From Chiloscyllium plagiosum (taxonomy: Eukaryota): a stretch of DNA of 48,163 nt. Below, piece by piece: positions 24,728 to 36,177 of this stretch. Made by a program: the position numbers and the translations under genes. Within the stretch, counting starts at the first letter, position 1. Each line of letters begins with the position of its first letter. The notes below the pieces were generated by a model that had not been told where the DNA came from, did no database searches, and saw only the letters and a program-made list of their open reading frames with translations. Location: NCBI RefSeq assembly GCF_004010195.1, contig NW_025215377.1, forward strand, positions 114,026-162,188, written 5' to 3'.

Positions 24728-25232
24728 GGTGTGTTTGTGTGTGTCTGTGCACGCGCGTGTGCCAGCATTTGTGCATGTGTCTGTTTGTGTGCGCGCGAGT
24801 AAGCATGTGTGTCTGTGTGCGCGCGTGTATGACAGCATGTGCCTGTGCGTGTGTAAGCATGCGTGCCTGTGTGCGTGTGTTTGACAGCATGTGTGCATGT
24901 GTCTGTGTGTGCATGCAGGTGTGACAGCATGTGTGCATGTGTCGGTGTGTGCACACGTGTGTGACAGCATGTGTCTGTCTGGGTTCGAGAGAGTGAGCAT
25001 GTGTGTGACAGCATGTGTGCGTGTGTCTGTGTGTGCATGTGTGTCTGTGTGCACGCATATGTGACAGCAAGTGTATCTGTGTGCACGTGTGTGAGTGCAT
25101 GTGAGAACATGTGTCTGTGTGTGCACATGTGAGAGCATGTCTATGTGCGTGCACACACATGAGAGAGCACGCATGTCTATGGGTGCACACGTGAGAGAGC
25201 ATGCGTGTCTGTGGGCGCACACGGGTGTGAGG
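24728..25232. repeat. GT-rich compound microsatellite (tgacagcatgtgt-like units)
   Basis: Direct inspection; explains the His/Thr/Cys-rich ORFs. Confidence 0.92.
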
Positions 25233-25562
25233 TGAGACCACTGATCCGTTATAGGTGATGCTGTGCTTTCAGGCTGCAATATCACCATGACAGGCAGATG
25301 GAGCAATGCAGGAGCTGGTCTAGTGTCACGCTGCTCTGCAGGACACTGCCTTCACAAGCAACGCAGTCACAGTGACACCTGATGATGGGACTACTTGTAG
25401 CAGTCAGGAGAAAAGCACAAACAAACTGAAAAATGGACCAATACTTCCCCCTGGTGATTACATTGGCAACTGCAGGCATTCAGTAAACTAAAACAAATAG
25501 ACTGTCCCAAATTGTATCATTCCTCTGGATACCACATAGTGGCTGTACTGTGTCCTGCTGCA

Positions 25563-25653
25563 TTCTGGATTAGTGGTGCTGGAAGAGCACAGCAGTTCAG
25601 GCAGCATCCGAGGAGCAGTAAAAACGACGTTTCGGGCAAAAGCCCTTCATGAG
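25563..25653 (-). mobile_element. Short Penelope terminus; hammerhead core mutated to CUCAUGA
   Basis: Reverse complement of about 2385-2476. Confidence 0.8.
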
Positions 25654-26209
25654 GACTGCAATCCACCAACTCAGGCCTCCTGAGCAGCTTGGATTTTAAT
25701 CGCTGGGTCAAAATCCTGGAATTCCCTCCCTCAGGGCGTTGTGGGTCAATCTATAGCAGTGGGCTACAGCGGTTCGAGAAGACAGCTCACCCCCCACCTT
25801 CTCAAGGGCAACTGGGGACAGGGCAATAAATGCTGGCCAGCCAGTGACACCCACGACCCATGAGAGAATTTTAAAAAGCACCATCAGGCAGGTTTCCAGA
25901 TTCCCAAGCTCTGAAATTCCCTCCCTAAACCCTTCCACCTCACTCCCTTTGGGTAGTCAGGAGGGGAGTTACCTGCTGCAGGATTCCTAGCCTCTGGCCT
26001 TTTCTGGTAGCCACTGTATTTATATTTAAAACAATCATCATGGAGAAAAGGGACTGAGAAAAGTTATCAGAGCCAAGGGCTGACAATTCCCCAGGCCTTG
26101 ATGAACTTTGTCCTTGGTGCAAAAAGGGCTGCTGAGCTCCTGGATATATTGGCACTAACTCAAAATTCTCTGGATTCTGGAAAGATTGCATCGTGGAAAT
26201 GGAGAATTA

Positions 26210-26428
26210 CAGGTAGTTCTCCTGTAACACGATGGCTGTGTTCTTGTACAACCCCACATTATAGAAAAATCACACTTTAGAAACAGTGCTTTAAATGTTG
26301 GCGATGTAATCACGTTACACCCAACACAGGTTTTAAAAGTTCACGCTGTGGAAACAGTGTCCCCAGTTCGTCAATCGTGTTACAGCAAATTCACACGAAT
26401 GAAACGTGCGCTATAACATTACCATCTG
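26210..26428. mobile_element. Probable Tc1-mariner/Tigger-like MITE
   Basis: Begins TA|CAGGTAGTTCT and ends in a degenerate inverted ...accatctg; AT-rich and non-coding. Confidence 0.45.
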
Positions 26429-26429
26429 C

Positions 26430-27090
26430 AAAGAAACCAGGAGCAGCCATTCGAGGCTGCACTGCCAATCATTATGACCGTAACTGATCATCCAACTCAA
26501 TTGCCCGTACCTGTTATCCCCCCCATACCCTTTGGTCCCTTTAGCCCCAACTGCATCTCCAACCCCCATCCTGAAAACACTTCATGTTTTGGCCTCAACT
26601 GCTTCCCCAGGCTCCACACTCTCTGGGTGAAGACATTTCACCTCATCTCGGTCTGAAATGACCTACCCCGTATCCTTAGATTGTGATCCTGGTTCTGGAC
26701 TCCCCCATCATTGGGGCATCATTCTAGCAGGTTCCCTGCCTGGTCCTGTGAATATTTTATAGGTTTTTTTCCCCAGGATTTAGGAGCCCCCCCATTATTC
26801 TTCTAAACTCTGGTGAACAGAATTCTAACTAATCCGGTCTCTCCTCACACATCAGCCCCGCCATCCCAGGAATCAGTCTGGGAAACCCTCCGCTGCCCTC
26901 CCTCCATCACCAGAACATCCTTCCTCAGGTAAGGAGATCAAAACTACAAATCCCAGGCAGCATCCTGGTGATTTTCCTCTGCACTCCCTCCAGTGCAATC
27001 CCATCCTTGCTATAGTGCGGGGACCACAACTGTACAGAGTACTCTAGCTGTGGCCTCACCAAAGTCCTGTACAGTTCCAACACAACCTGC
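26430..27090 (-). mobile_element. Old CR1 3' fragments
   Basis: Similar to other minus-strand CR1 pieces (tattcttctaaactc; catcccaggaatcagtctg; tggcctcaccaaagtcctgtacag). Confidence 0.75.
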
Positions 27091-27861
27091 TCTTATGTTC
27101 AAGAGACATGGTAATGAATCTCACATTGGCAGCTGCTGAAATACAAACTGAATTTCAAAGAAAATTAAGTTAATGGTAACTATTGTCAATTGTTGTGAAA
27201 ACCCATTTGGTTCCCTTAGGAAAGGGAATCTTTACACCTCACACATGACTCCAGACCCAATGCAGTGGGGTTACCTCTTGACTCCGCTCTGAGATGGCCA
27301 AACAAATCACTCAGTTCATGGGCAATAAATACCAGAGGAACCAGCAACACCCCATACCCCATAAACTAACAAAGCAAAAATCAGATACTCCATATTAAAC
27401 CAGAAATTGCTGGAGAAACTCAGCATATCTTGCAGTATCTGTGAAGCAAGAAAATACCGTTAACATTTCATGTCCTGTGACCCTTCTGATGCTGTATATT
27501 TGAGCTGTACAATACACTCTGAAGGATCAAGACTTAGAGGCATCAAGAATCTTTCACATTCAGGTAAATTTGCCTGACAACAGCCCTCTGATTGGTTGAG
27601 CTGCAGGATGTTAAGAACTTGTAAGCACCAGGGCAGCAGCAGAACAAAATCTTCTACAGCCTGCAGACAGAAGGGATCCATCTCTCTCTCTCTCTCTCTG
27701 TCCCCACCGTGTGGGAATAAGAAGAACCAAGAAAGCATAAAAGAATCAATTCTAAAACAAGACCTAGGTCCAACTGACCAACCATGTTTTTAAGAATGAT
27801 CATCACAAAGACAAACATAATTTGTCATCACCCCTAAAAGCAAAAAGGCCATGAGAAAATA

Positions 27862-28024
27862 GCTAATAAAAACAGAAGTTGCTGGAAAAGCTCAGCAAGT
27901 CCAAGGAGGTCACCGGACCAGAAACATTAACTCTGATTTCTCTCCATAGATGCTGCCAGACCTGCTGACTTTTGCCAGCAACTTCTGTTTTTGATATACA
28001 GTATCTGCAGTTGGATCAGTTTTT
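27862..28024. mobile_element. Fold-back mini element
   Basis: aaaaacagaagttgctgg ... ccagcaacttctgttttt; TSD atgagaaaata (27851-27861, 28025-28035). Confidence 0.75.
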
Positions 28025-28691
28025 ATGAGAAAATAACATCCCACCTTGTTGTGTGAACCTTTGAGCTTCAGGATTCGGTTTACCCTATCTATTTTCTTTG
28101 TCTTTCACTGATCCTATTAAAACATTTATCATAGAACCCCTACAGTGTGGAAACAGGCCATTTGACCCAACAAATCCTTTCTATCCTCTTGCTAAAGTTA
28201 AGTGTGTTACAATAAGGAGGTTTTGTTTTCTGTTAAAGATAACATCTCGTGTGAATTGCGTTTGTCCTGGGTCACACAGCTTGGTCACGGTGGTGGTCTC
28301 ATGGAGATTTTACACATTCTGTGGCGGCTTGTCCAACAGTGGGGCAGAACTGTCAGAGCACTGTGCGTTGTTAAGTTGTCACTTAAGATCTTGGTGGGGT
28401 TGGATGCAGAAATAATGTCGCTCATTTAAGACTGAATTGGGATACATCCTCTCTCAGAGGATCATACATGTGTGGAATTCTCTTCCCCAGACAGTAGCTG
28501 AGGCTGGGTCTCTCAAATAGTTTTAAGACTGAAGTGAGTAATCCTTGACTAAAAGGTAAGTCAAAGGATAAACAGAATACATAGGACGGTAGTGGCCAAA
28601 GTCAGATTGTACTGAATGGTGCAGCCGGCTCGAGGGGCCGAGTGGCCTATGCTTGCTCCTAACTCGTACATTTGTAAATGGCACTGCCTAC

Positions 28692-28743
28692 CTGTTGACC
28701 TCGGATGCATTGTTCAAACGGGCGGCTTCAAGCAGCAAGTGAC
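28692..28743 (-). CDS. CLPB: CLPB exon 2 (52 bp), start of ankyrin region
   Basis: tttcctcag|GTCAC...CAACAG|gtaggc encodes (G)HLLLEAARLNNASEVN(R), compared with human DAALLEAARANNMQEVSR. Confidence 0.95.
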
Positions 28744-29097
28744 CTGAGGAAATAAAAGAAACTGAGGGTCAGTTACATCACACTGGGAACGTCAAGGGTT
28801 GCCACACAATCACAGTTATTGGCACCACTAACCCATGCAAGATCCAAACGGATTGCAGAAAAGGAGGAGGCCATTCAGCCTCTCAAGCCCATCCCACCAA
28901 TCAATGGGATCATGATCTGTGGAATTCCCTGCCCAGGGAAGTGGTTGAGGCTTCCTCATAGCTTTAAAAACTTGCAAAGATAGATAATTCTTTGAACAGT
29001 AAAGGAATTAAGAGTTATGGTGGGAGGGTGGGTAAGTAGAGCTGAGGCCAGGAAAAGATCAACCATGTTTGGGGCAGACTCGAAGGGTCAGATGCCC

Positions 29098-30085
29098 AGA
29101 TCAGAGTGGTGCTGGAAAAGCACAGCAGGTCAGGCAGCATCTGAGGAGCAGGAGAATTGACGTTTTGGGCGGAAGCCCTTCATCAGGAATGAGGCTTATG
29201 GGCCAAGGGGGCTGAGAGATAAATGGAAAGGGGGGCTAGGGCTGGGGGGAAGGGAGNNNNNNNNNNNNNNNNNNNNNNNNNNNNNNNNNNNNNNNNNNNN
29301 NNNNNNNNNNNNNNNNNNNNNNNNNNNNNNNNNNNNNNNNNNNNNNNNNNNNNNNNNNNNNNNNNNNNNNNNNNNNNNNNNNNNNNNNNNNNNNNNNNNN
29401 NNNNNNNNNNNNNNNNNNNNNNNNNNNNNNNNNNNNNNNNNNNNNNNNNNNNNNNNNNNNNNNNNNNNNNNNNNNNNNNNNNNNNNNNNNNNNNNNNNNN
29501 NNNNNNNNNNNNNNNNNNNNNNNNNNNNNNNNNNNNNNNNNNNNNNNNNNNNNNNNNNNNNNNNNNNNNNNNNNNNNNNNNNNNNNNNNNNNNNNNNNNN
29601 NNNNNNNNNNNNNNNNNNNNNNNNNNNNNNNNNNNNNNNNNNNNNNNNNNNNNNNNNNNNNNNNNNNNNNNNNNNNNNNNNNNNNNNNNNNNNNNNNNNN
29701 NNNNNNNNNNNNNNNNNNNNNNNNNNNNNNNNNNNNNNNNNNNNNNNNNNNNNNNNNNNNNNNNNNNNNNNNNNNNNNNNNNNNNNNNNNNNNNNNNNNN
29801 NNNNNNNNNNNNNNNNNNNNNNNNNNNNNNNNNNNNNNNNNNNNNNNNNNNNNNNNNNNNNNNNNNNNNNNNNNNNNNNNNNNNNNNNNNNNNNNNNNNN
29901 NNNNNNNNNNNNNNNNNNNNNNNNNNNNNNNNNNNNNNNNNNNNNNNNNNNNNNNNNNTCAGCCCCCGCCCCCCCCGGCCCACAAGCCTCATTCCTGAGG
30001 AAGAGCTTATGCCCGAAACGTTGATTCTCCTGCTCCTCGGATGCTGCCTGACCTGCTGTGCTTTTCCAGCACCACTCTGTCGACT
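29098..30085. mobile_element. Penelope-like element; inverted termini flank an assembly gap
   Basis: 29103-29256 and 29959-30077 are reverse-complementary termini; both hammerhead cores carry mutations. Confidence 0.8.
29257..29958. other. Assembly gap
   Basis: N run. Confidence 1.
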
Positions 30086-30589
30086 TCAACACCCCATAGC
30101 TTCCTTCCCTTTTCATCCTTTGTTGGGCTATGAGCATCACTGGCTAGGCTTCGGATTTCCTGCTGCAGAAGGCAGTGAGGAGTGAATCAGATTGCTGTGA
30201 TGTGGCCTGGACACTTGGCCCAGTGCGGTCTGGAGGCTAGTAGCTGGCACGTGTCACCAGAGCAGGATTCAGATGTTCTTACTCTTGAGGGAGTGCAGCA
30301 AGGATTTACCAGACTGATCGCAGGATAGTGGAAATGACACACGGGGAGGCTGAATTGGTTTTGCTGGAGAACAGAAGAATGGACAGGAAGAGGCTGGATT
30401 CACAGAAACTGACGAAATTCTAACGGGACTAGAAAAGACAGAGGCAGGATGACCCGGGGACCCCAGCTCGGAGTTTAAGGGCAGCACTGAGATGGGGAGA
30501 AATGTCTTCACCCAGAGAGTGGGGAGCCTGGGGAATTCTCTGCCACAGAAAAAGCTGAAGCTAAAACATTGACTGATTTCAGATAGTTA

Positions 30590-31258
30590 TAGAATCATAG
30601 AGATGTACAGCACAGAAACAGACCCTTTGGTCCAACTCGTCCATAAGGACCAGATATCCTACACTAATCTAGCCCCACCTGCGAGGACCTCTGACCTTCC
30701 TATTCATATACCCATCCAGATGCCTTTTAAATGTTGTAATTGTACCAGCCTCCACCACTTCCTCCGGCAGCTCATTCCATACACACACCACATTCTGTAT
30801 GAAAAAGTTGCCCCTTAGGTCTCTTTTATATCTTTCCCCTCTCACCCTAAAAGTAGTTCTGGACTCCCCCACCCCAGGGAAAAGACTTTGCTTATTTACT
30901 CTATCCAGGCCCCTCATAATTTTATAAACCTCTATAAGATCACCCCTCAGCCTCCGACACTCCAGGGAAAACAGCCCCAGCCTGTTCAGCCTCTCCCTGT
31001 AGCTCAGATCCTCCAACCCTGGCAACATCCTTCTAAATCTTTTCTAAACCCTTTCAAGTTTCACAACATCCCTCCCATAGTAGGGAAACCAGAATTGCAC
31101 ACAATATTCTTAAACTGGCCTAACCAATGTCCTGTACAGCCGCAACATGACCTCCCAACTCCTGTACTCAATACTCTGACCAATAAAGGAAAGCATACCA
31201 AACGCCGCCTTCACTGTCCGACTCCACTTCATGGAGTTATGAACCTGCACTCCAAGGT
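30590..31258 (-). mobile_element. CR1 LINE 3' fragment in CLPB intron 1
   Basis: [40 protein letters not shown]...FFIQNVVCVWNELP. Confidence 0.93.
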
Positions 31259-31441
31259 CTTAGGGCTAAAGGGACCAAAGCATATGGGGAGAAAGTGGAA
31301 ACAGGGGTTAGATGATCAGCAGCAATCATATTGATTGGTGTAGCAGGCTTGAAGGGCCGAATAGGCTACTCCTGGTCCAATTTTCCATTTTTTTTCTCTG
31401 ACCTATCTCTGCAACATTACCATCTTCAGTCTGCTACTCAC

Positions 31442-31994
31442 CATCTGACTCTGATGATCTGCTGTAGCAATAAACCAGGGCAGCTGCCAGGGTGCAGAAG
31501 CTGCCCAGTGTTCCCAGTGCCCATTCTCCCTGATCCTCGCCTTTCTGTGATCGCCTCCCTGTGGCCACAGCCTCCAACTGCAGCCGAGGTAGTAGCTCGA
31601 AGCTCCACCATGTGGCCGCACTGCGGAGCTGCAGCTCGGAGACCCGCAGCCTGCGGCCCCAAGCGGTGGGAGGCTGGATGTGCAGCTCGGAGGTCTGTAG
31701 CCAGCGGCCCCCGGCGGCGGGATGCCGGATGTGCAGCTCGGAGGCCTGTAGCCAGCGGCCCCCAGCGGCGGGAGGCCGGAGCTGCAGCGACCCACGAGCG
31801 GGCGCCAGGGCCTGACAGACGCTTCGCAGCAGCGGCTGCCCCCCAGGCCCCAACGCGGATCTGTTGGGGACAGCGCCACGGCCCGGTTCCCGCAGCGGCG
31901 GTAGCAGTAGCCGACGCCAAGACCGGACCCCGCTCGGAGTGCAGCCGGCCCGAAGATAGCGCGTTACCAGGGCCGTCGCCCTGGAGATCGCCAT
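31442..31994 (-). CDS. CLPB: CLPB/Skd3 coding exon 1: mitochondrial presequence plus hydrophobic propeptide
   Basis: ATG at 31994 in good Kozak context (gcacgATGG) within GC/CpG-rich DNA. Arg-rich N-terminus (MAISRATALVTRYLR...). Ends ...FCTLAAALVYCYSRSSESD-G|gtgagt, resembling human CLPB [21 protein letters not shown] (recalled). Phase-1 donor joins exon 2 in frame. Confidence 0.93.
31626..31788 (-). repeat. Coding 51-bp tandem repeat (about 3.2 units) in CLPB exon 1
   Basis: Units start at 31626, 31677, 31728 and 31779; peptide LQLRPPAAGGRWLQASE / LHIRHPAAGGRWLQTSE / LHIQPPTAWGRRLRVSE. Confidence 0.92.
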
Positions 31995-32104
31995 CGTGCC
32001 GTAAAATGAAGGGCTTTGCCTCAGGCAACGGGAGAGCTCTCACTTTACGGCCGCTTGACCGCAACGTCACAGACAGCACTGCGCAGCTGCAATGGCCCCG
32101 CTAC

Positions 32105-32158
32105 CCTCTGGGAATTGTAGTTCCGCCGGAAACAACATGAACTACATTACCCAGAGGC
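32105..32158. promoter_or_regulatory. Inverted pair of ZNF143/THAP11-type ACTACAnnnCCCAGA motifs with an ETS core (CCGGAA) between them
   Basis: 32107-32121 is the reverse complement of ACTACAATTCCCAGA; 32141-32155 is ACTACATTACCCAGA; CCGGAA lies at 32126-32131. Confidence 0.8.
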
Positions 32159-32664
32159 TCGTGCGCCATATGTGGTAGTGGTGATGATGATTATTTCTTG
32201 TCATGTACTTCACAATGAAAAACATAATAAAATACAAAGACAAGTTTCAACTGTTAACACAATCTACAGCCATTTGAATATTTTAAAAATGAAAAGATGA
32301 TGCTGAAAAAAAGTCCATCTTTGGCCAACTCCACCATGAGCCATGAGATGGCTGACCAATGACAACTGCACAGCCAACCTCCACCCCCTCACTCTGTCCA
32401 CCCACCCCTACCCCCACCCTGCACAACCCTGTCCACCCATCCAACCACGTCCACTCCTTCCACTCGGGCCACCGATGCTGGAGTCACCACTGTCCATTGC
32501 TGGGCCCACCTCACTGATGGGCTGCCAATGGCAGGTCTCTGTGGGATCCACACTCGCCCTCCCTCCCCACGCAACAGGAGCTCCCAGCTCCACAGCCACC
32601 AACGCCTCACTCGGGGCCTACAGTAAACAGGAGCTGGCACAACGCCAATAACTATGAGACCCCT

Positions 32665-33345
32665 CTGGGTCCACCACAACCAAGAACGACCACTCTGGGC
32701 CTACAGCAACCAGGGCTCCCCATTCTGGGCTTACCACAACCAGGAGTTCCCGCTCCGGGCCTACCACAAATAAGGGCTTCCCGCTCTAGGCCTACCACAA
32801 CCAGGCGTCCCCGGTCTGGACCTACCATAATCAGACGTCCCTGCTCTGGGCCTACCACAACCAAGAGTCCCTGCTCTCCAGGCCCACCATAACCAGAGGC
32901 CCCCACTCTGGGCCCACCACAACCAGGCACGCCTGCTCTGGACCCGCCACAACCAAGAGTCGTCACTTCAGGCCCACCACAAACGGGGGTCCCCGCACCG
33001 GGCCCACACAACCAAGAGTCCTCCTCTGGGCCCACCACAACCAGAGGTCCCCAATCTAGGCCCACCAGTACCAGGCGTCCTTGCTCCGAGCCCACCACTG
33101 CCAGGGGTCCCTGCTCCGGGCCCACCACTACCAAGGGTCCCTGCTCCCAGCCCACCATTACAAGGTAAGCCCGCTCTGGGCCCACCACAACCAGGCATCC
33201 AAACTCTGGGCCCATCACAATCGGTGGTCCCTGCTCTGGGCCCACCACAAACAGGGGTCTCCGCTCCGGGCCCACCACTACCAAGAGTCCCCATTCCAGG
33301 CCCACCACAACCAGGAAGATCCACTCTGGGCCTACAGTAAACAGG
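32665..33345. repeat. 30-bp minisatellite (ctctgggcccaccacaaccagg...), about 22 degenerate units
   Basis: Periodicity is visible in lines 32701-33301, with gggcc recurring at 30-bp spacing. Confidence 0.92.
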
Positions 33346-34904
33346 AGTTGCCACCATGCCAATAACCAATAGTCCGTGCTGTGGGCCACCACAACCAGGT
33401 TCCAAATTCTGGGCACACCATAACCTTGGCTGTGCTGAAGGTGCTGCCTCACCAAGAGTCCCACTCCAGCCACTCTCCTCTGTGATGTCACCACTCTTCC
33501 CGTGCCCAAGTTCTCTTCCTTTCCTCAGCCACTGATGATCCTCCTGGTCTGCAGTGGGTCTCGCCTGAAATAAAACATTGTCATGGTGGCCAGCTGTCCC
33601 TCTCCCTTCACCAGCTGCCCGCCATCTCACAGCATCCTCCAGTTTAAAAAAGTCTCTGGCTAATTGAGGTAAGGGGAGTGGGTATGTTTTAAAAAGTGGT
33701 AATGGTCAACAGGCCTGCTTACTGGTAAGCTGACACAGACGCACTGTCCACTCCATGCAGTTGTATGCTGGGGTTTGCAGTCCATTTGATGATCCTCCCG
33801 CCTCTCAGAGCCCACTCAGGACAGAACCAGACCAAACCTTTTGAATGTTTTACTCCAACCCACTCCCTCCACCAGAATCGCACACATGGTGTATTGGACT
33901 GATCCTCTATCTGGGAACCCATCAATCCCAAGTGGAAGCAAGCCCTCATAGAATTTTAACAGCACAGAAGGAGGCCCTTCAGCCCAGCATGTCTGAGTTT
34001 GGTCATCAAGCATCCATCTAACCTCATCCCATTTTCCCAACACTTCTCCTGTGGCCTTGTGTGCTATGACATGTCAATCGTACTTGACTGTCTTGAGAAT
34101 ATCTGCCTTTCGCACCTTTTCAGGCAGTAAGGTCCAGATTCCTACCACCATCTGGGTGAAAAATCTTTTCCTCAAATGCCTTCCTGCTCCTTTCCTTAAA
34201 GCTATGCCTCTGATTATTGACCCCCTTGACTAAGGGGAGGACCTCTTCACCAGTTAGAATAAAACAAAGAACTCCGGATATTGCAAAACAGAAATTGCTG
34301 GAGAAACTCAGCAGGTCTGGCAGTATCTGTGGGGAGAAAGCAGAATTAACGTTTTGAATCCAGTGTGACTCTGCTTCTGATCTGAAGAGGCACTGAACCC
34401 ACAGTGCTGCCAGATCTGCTGAGTTTCTCCAGCAATTTCTACTTTCTTTTCCCTAGTTACTCTGTCATTCGGACATCTCACTCAGATCCCACCTCAGCGT
34501 TCTCTGCTCTAAAGAAACAACCTCAGTCTCTCTACTCTCTGTATTCATTGCTGAACCACTCCATCACAGGCAACTCTCAGGACTCTCATTCCAGGAATCT
34601 TACCTGTCCCCTCTCCAGTGCAATCGCACTCTTCCTATCGTAGGGAGACCAGGACTAAACCGAATACTCCAAGTGCGGCCTGACAAACATTATGTACAGA
34701 TTGGTCATAATCTCTTTATTCTTGCATTCAATCTTCATTCTTTAATCTTGAATTAATCCCCAATGCCGAAGGACTGCCTCAGAAGGGGAATGGCATCATA
34801 ATATGATGGAGGATGCATGAAGCCATCTCAGTAAGCCTTCGTCAACAGGAGCATAGGAAATGGAATCTGGAATATAGGTCATTCGGCCTCTCAAGTTTTT
34901 TTGC

Positions 34905-35370
34905 TAATTTATTCATTTTGTGGGATGTGGGTGTCACGGGCTGAGCCCAGTATTTATCCCCTATCCCTAGTTGCCCCTTGAGTAGGTGGAGGTGAGCTGC
35001 CTTCTTGAACCACTGCAGTCCATGTGCTGTGGGTAGACCCACAATGCCCTTAGGGAGGGAACTCCAGGATTTTGACCCAGCGACAGTGAAGGAACAGTTT
35101 CAAGTCAGGATGGTGAGTGGCTTGGAGGGGAACTTGCAGCAGATACGTTCCCTGTCCTTGTCCTTCTAGATGAAAGGGGCCATGGGTTTGAATCTTTGGT
35201 GAATTTCTGCAGTGCACCTTGTAGATAGTACACACTGATGCTACTGAGCGTCAGTGGTGGAGGAAGTGGATGTTTGTGGATGTGGGGCCAATCAAGTGGG
35301 GGCTGCTTTGTCCTGGATGGTGTCGAGCTTCTTGAGATTTGTTGGAGATGCCCCCATCCAGGCAAGTGTT
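34905..35370 (-). mobile_element. L2-type LINE 3' fragment
   Basis: Same 3' end as 15095-15318, with an RT end shared with 16855-17000. Confidence 0.75.
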
Positions 35371-35379
35371 CCATTATTC

Positions 35380-35925
35380 AGTAAGATGGGGCCAAACCAC
35401 ATTTGGAATATTGCAAGCAATTTTGGGCCCCACATTCAAGGATGGATGTGCTGGGTCCAGAGGAGATGTACAAGAATGATGACAGGAATGAAAGGCTTCT
35501 CATATGAGGAGTGGGTGAGGTCTTTGGGTCTGTACTCGATTTAGAATAATTTAGAAGTTTAGTAAGATGAAGGTGAACCTGACTGGAACTTCCAGAATCC
35601 TGAGAGGCCTGGATAGAGTGGCTGTGGAGAAGATGTTTCCACCAGGAGGAGAGACTAGGACCCGAGGGCCCAGCCTCAGGGTGAAGGGATGACCCTTTAG
35701 AACTGAGATGAGGAGGGGTTTCTTCAGCCAGAGGGTGGGGAATCTGTGGGACTCACACTGAGTGTATTTAAGACAGAGATAGATAGGCTCCTGATTAGTA
35801 AGGGGGTCAAGGGTCACAGGAAGAAGGCAGGAGAATGGAGTTGAGAAACATATCAGCCATGGTGGAATGGTGGAGCAAACTTGATGGGCCGAATGGCCTC
35901 ATTCTGCTCCTATATCTTATGGTCT
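35380..35925 (+). mobile_element. CR1 LINE 3' fragment
   Basis: VQRRCTRMMTGMKGFSYEEWVRSLGLYS; tail tcttatggtct. Confidence 0.85.
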
Positions 35926-36177
35926 GATGGGGCTACTTGAATTGTGGCCTCTACTCCACATTCCTAGTTAGCCCTGATTCCCTTCAGCTCCTTATTAGTT
36001 ACGAGTTCATCTATCTCTGTCTTAAAAATACTCGAGGAAAAAATTCTCCACTGCTCCCTGGGGAAGAGAATTACCCAGACTCATAAGTGTCTGAGTGAAG
36101 ATAATTTCTCTCGTTTATGTCTTAAAGACCCCTTATTTTTAAATGAACTAAAATGCACCTTCCCAGGCAACATCCTG

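Larger units (their letters stand above)
31600..32170. promoter_or_regulatory. CpG-island-like CLPB promoter and first exon
   Basis: Visibly the highest CpG density in the window; overlaps the start codon and extends about 170 bp upstream. Confidence 0.8.

Noticed and set aside
24490..25306. His/Thr/Cys-rich ORFs over 200 aa
   Set aside because: Translation of a GT/CA microsatellite, open in all three frames.
29183..30185. Long ORFs spanning N runs (also 1762-2254 and 42906-43505)
   Set aside because: Artefacts of assembly gaps.
31331..32140. 269-aa plus-strand ORF and other long overlapping ORFs (31438-32079, 31403-31879) over CLPB exon 1
   Set aside because: GC-rich, repeat-containing DNA has few stops; only the 31994 frame matches CLPB and splices in phase.
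32652..33630. 285-aa and 220-aa repetitive ORFs, superficially structural-protein-like
   Set aside because: They are translations of a 30-bp minisatellite, and the repeat motif shifts between frames.
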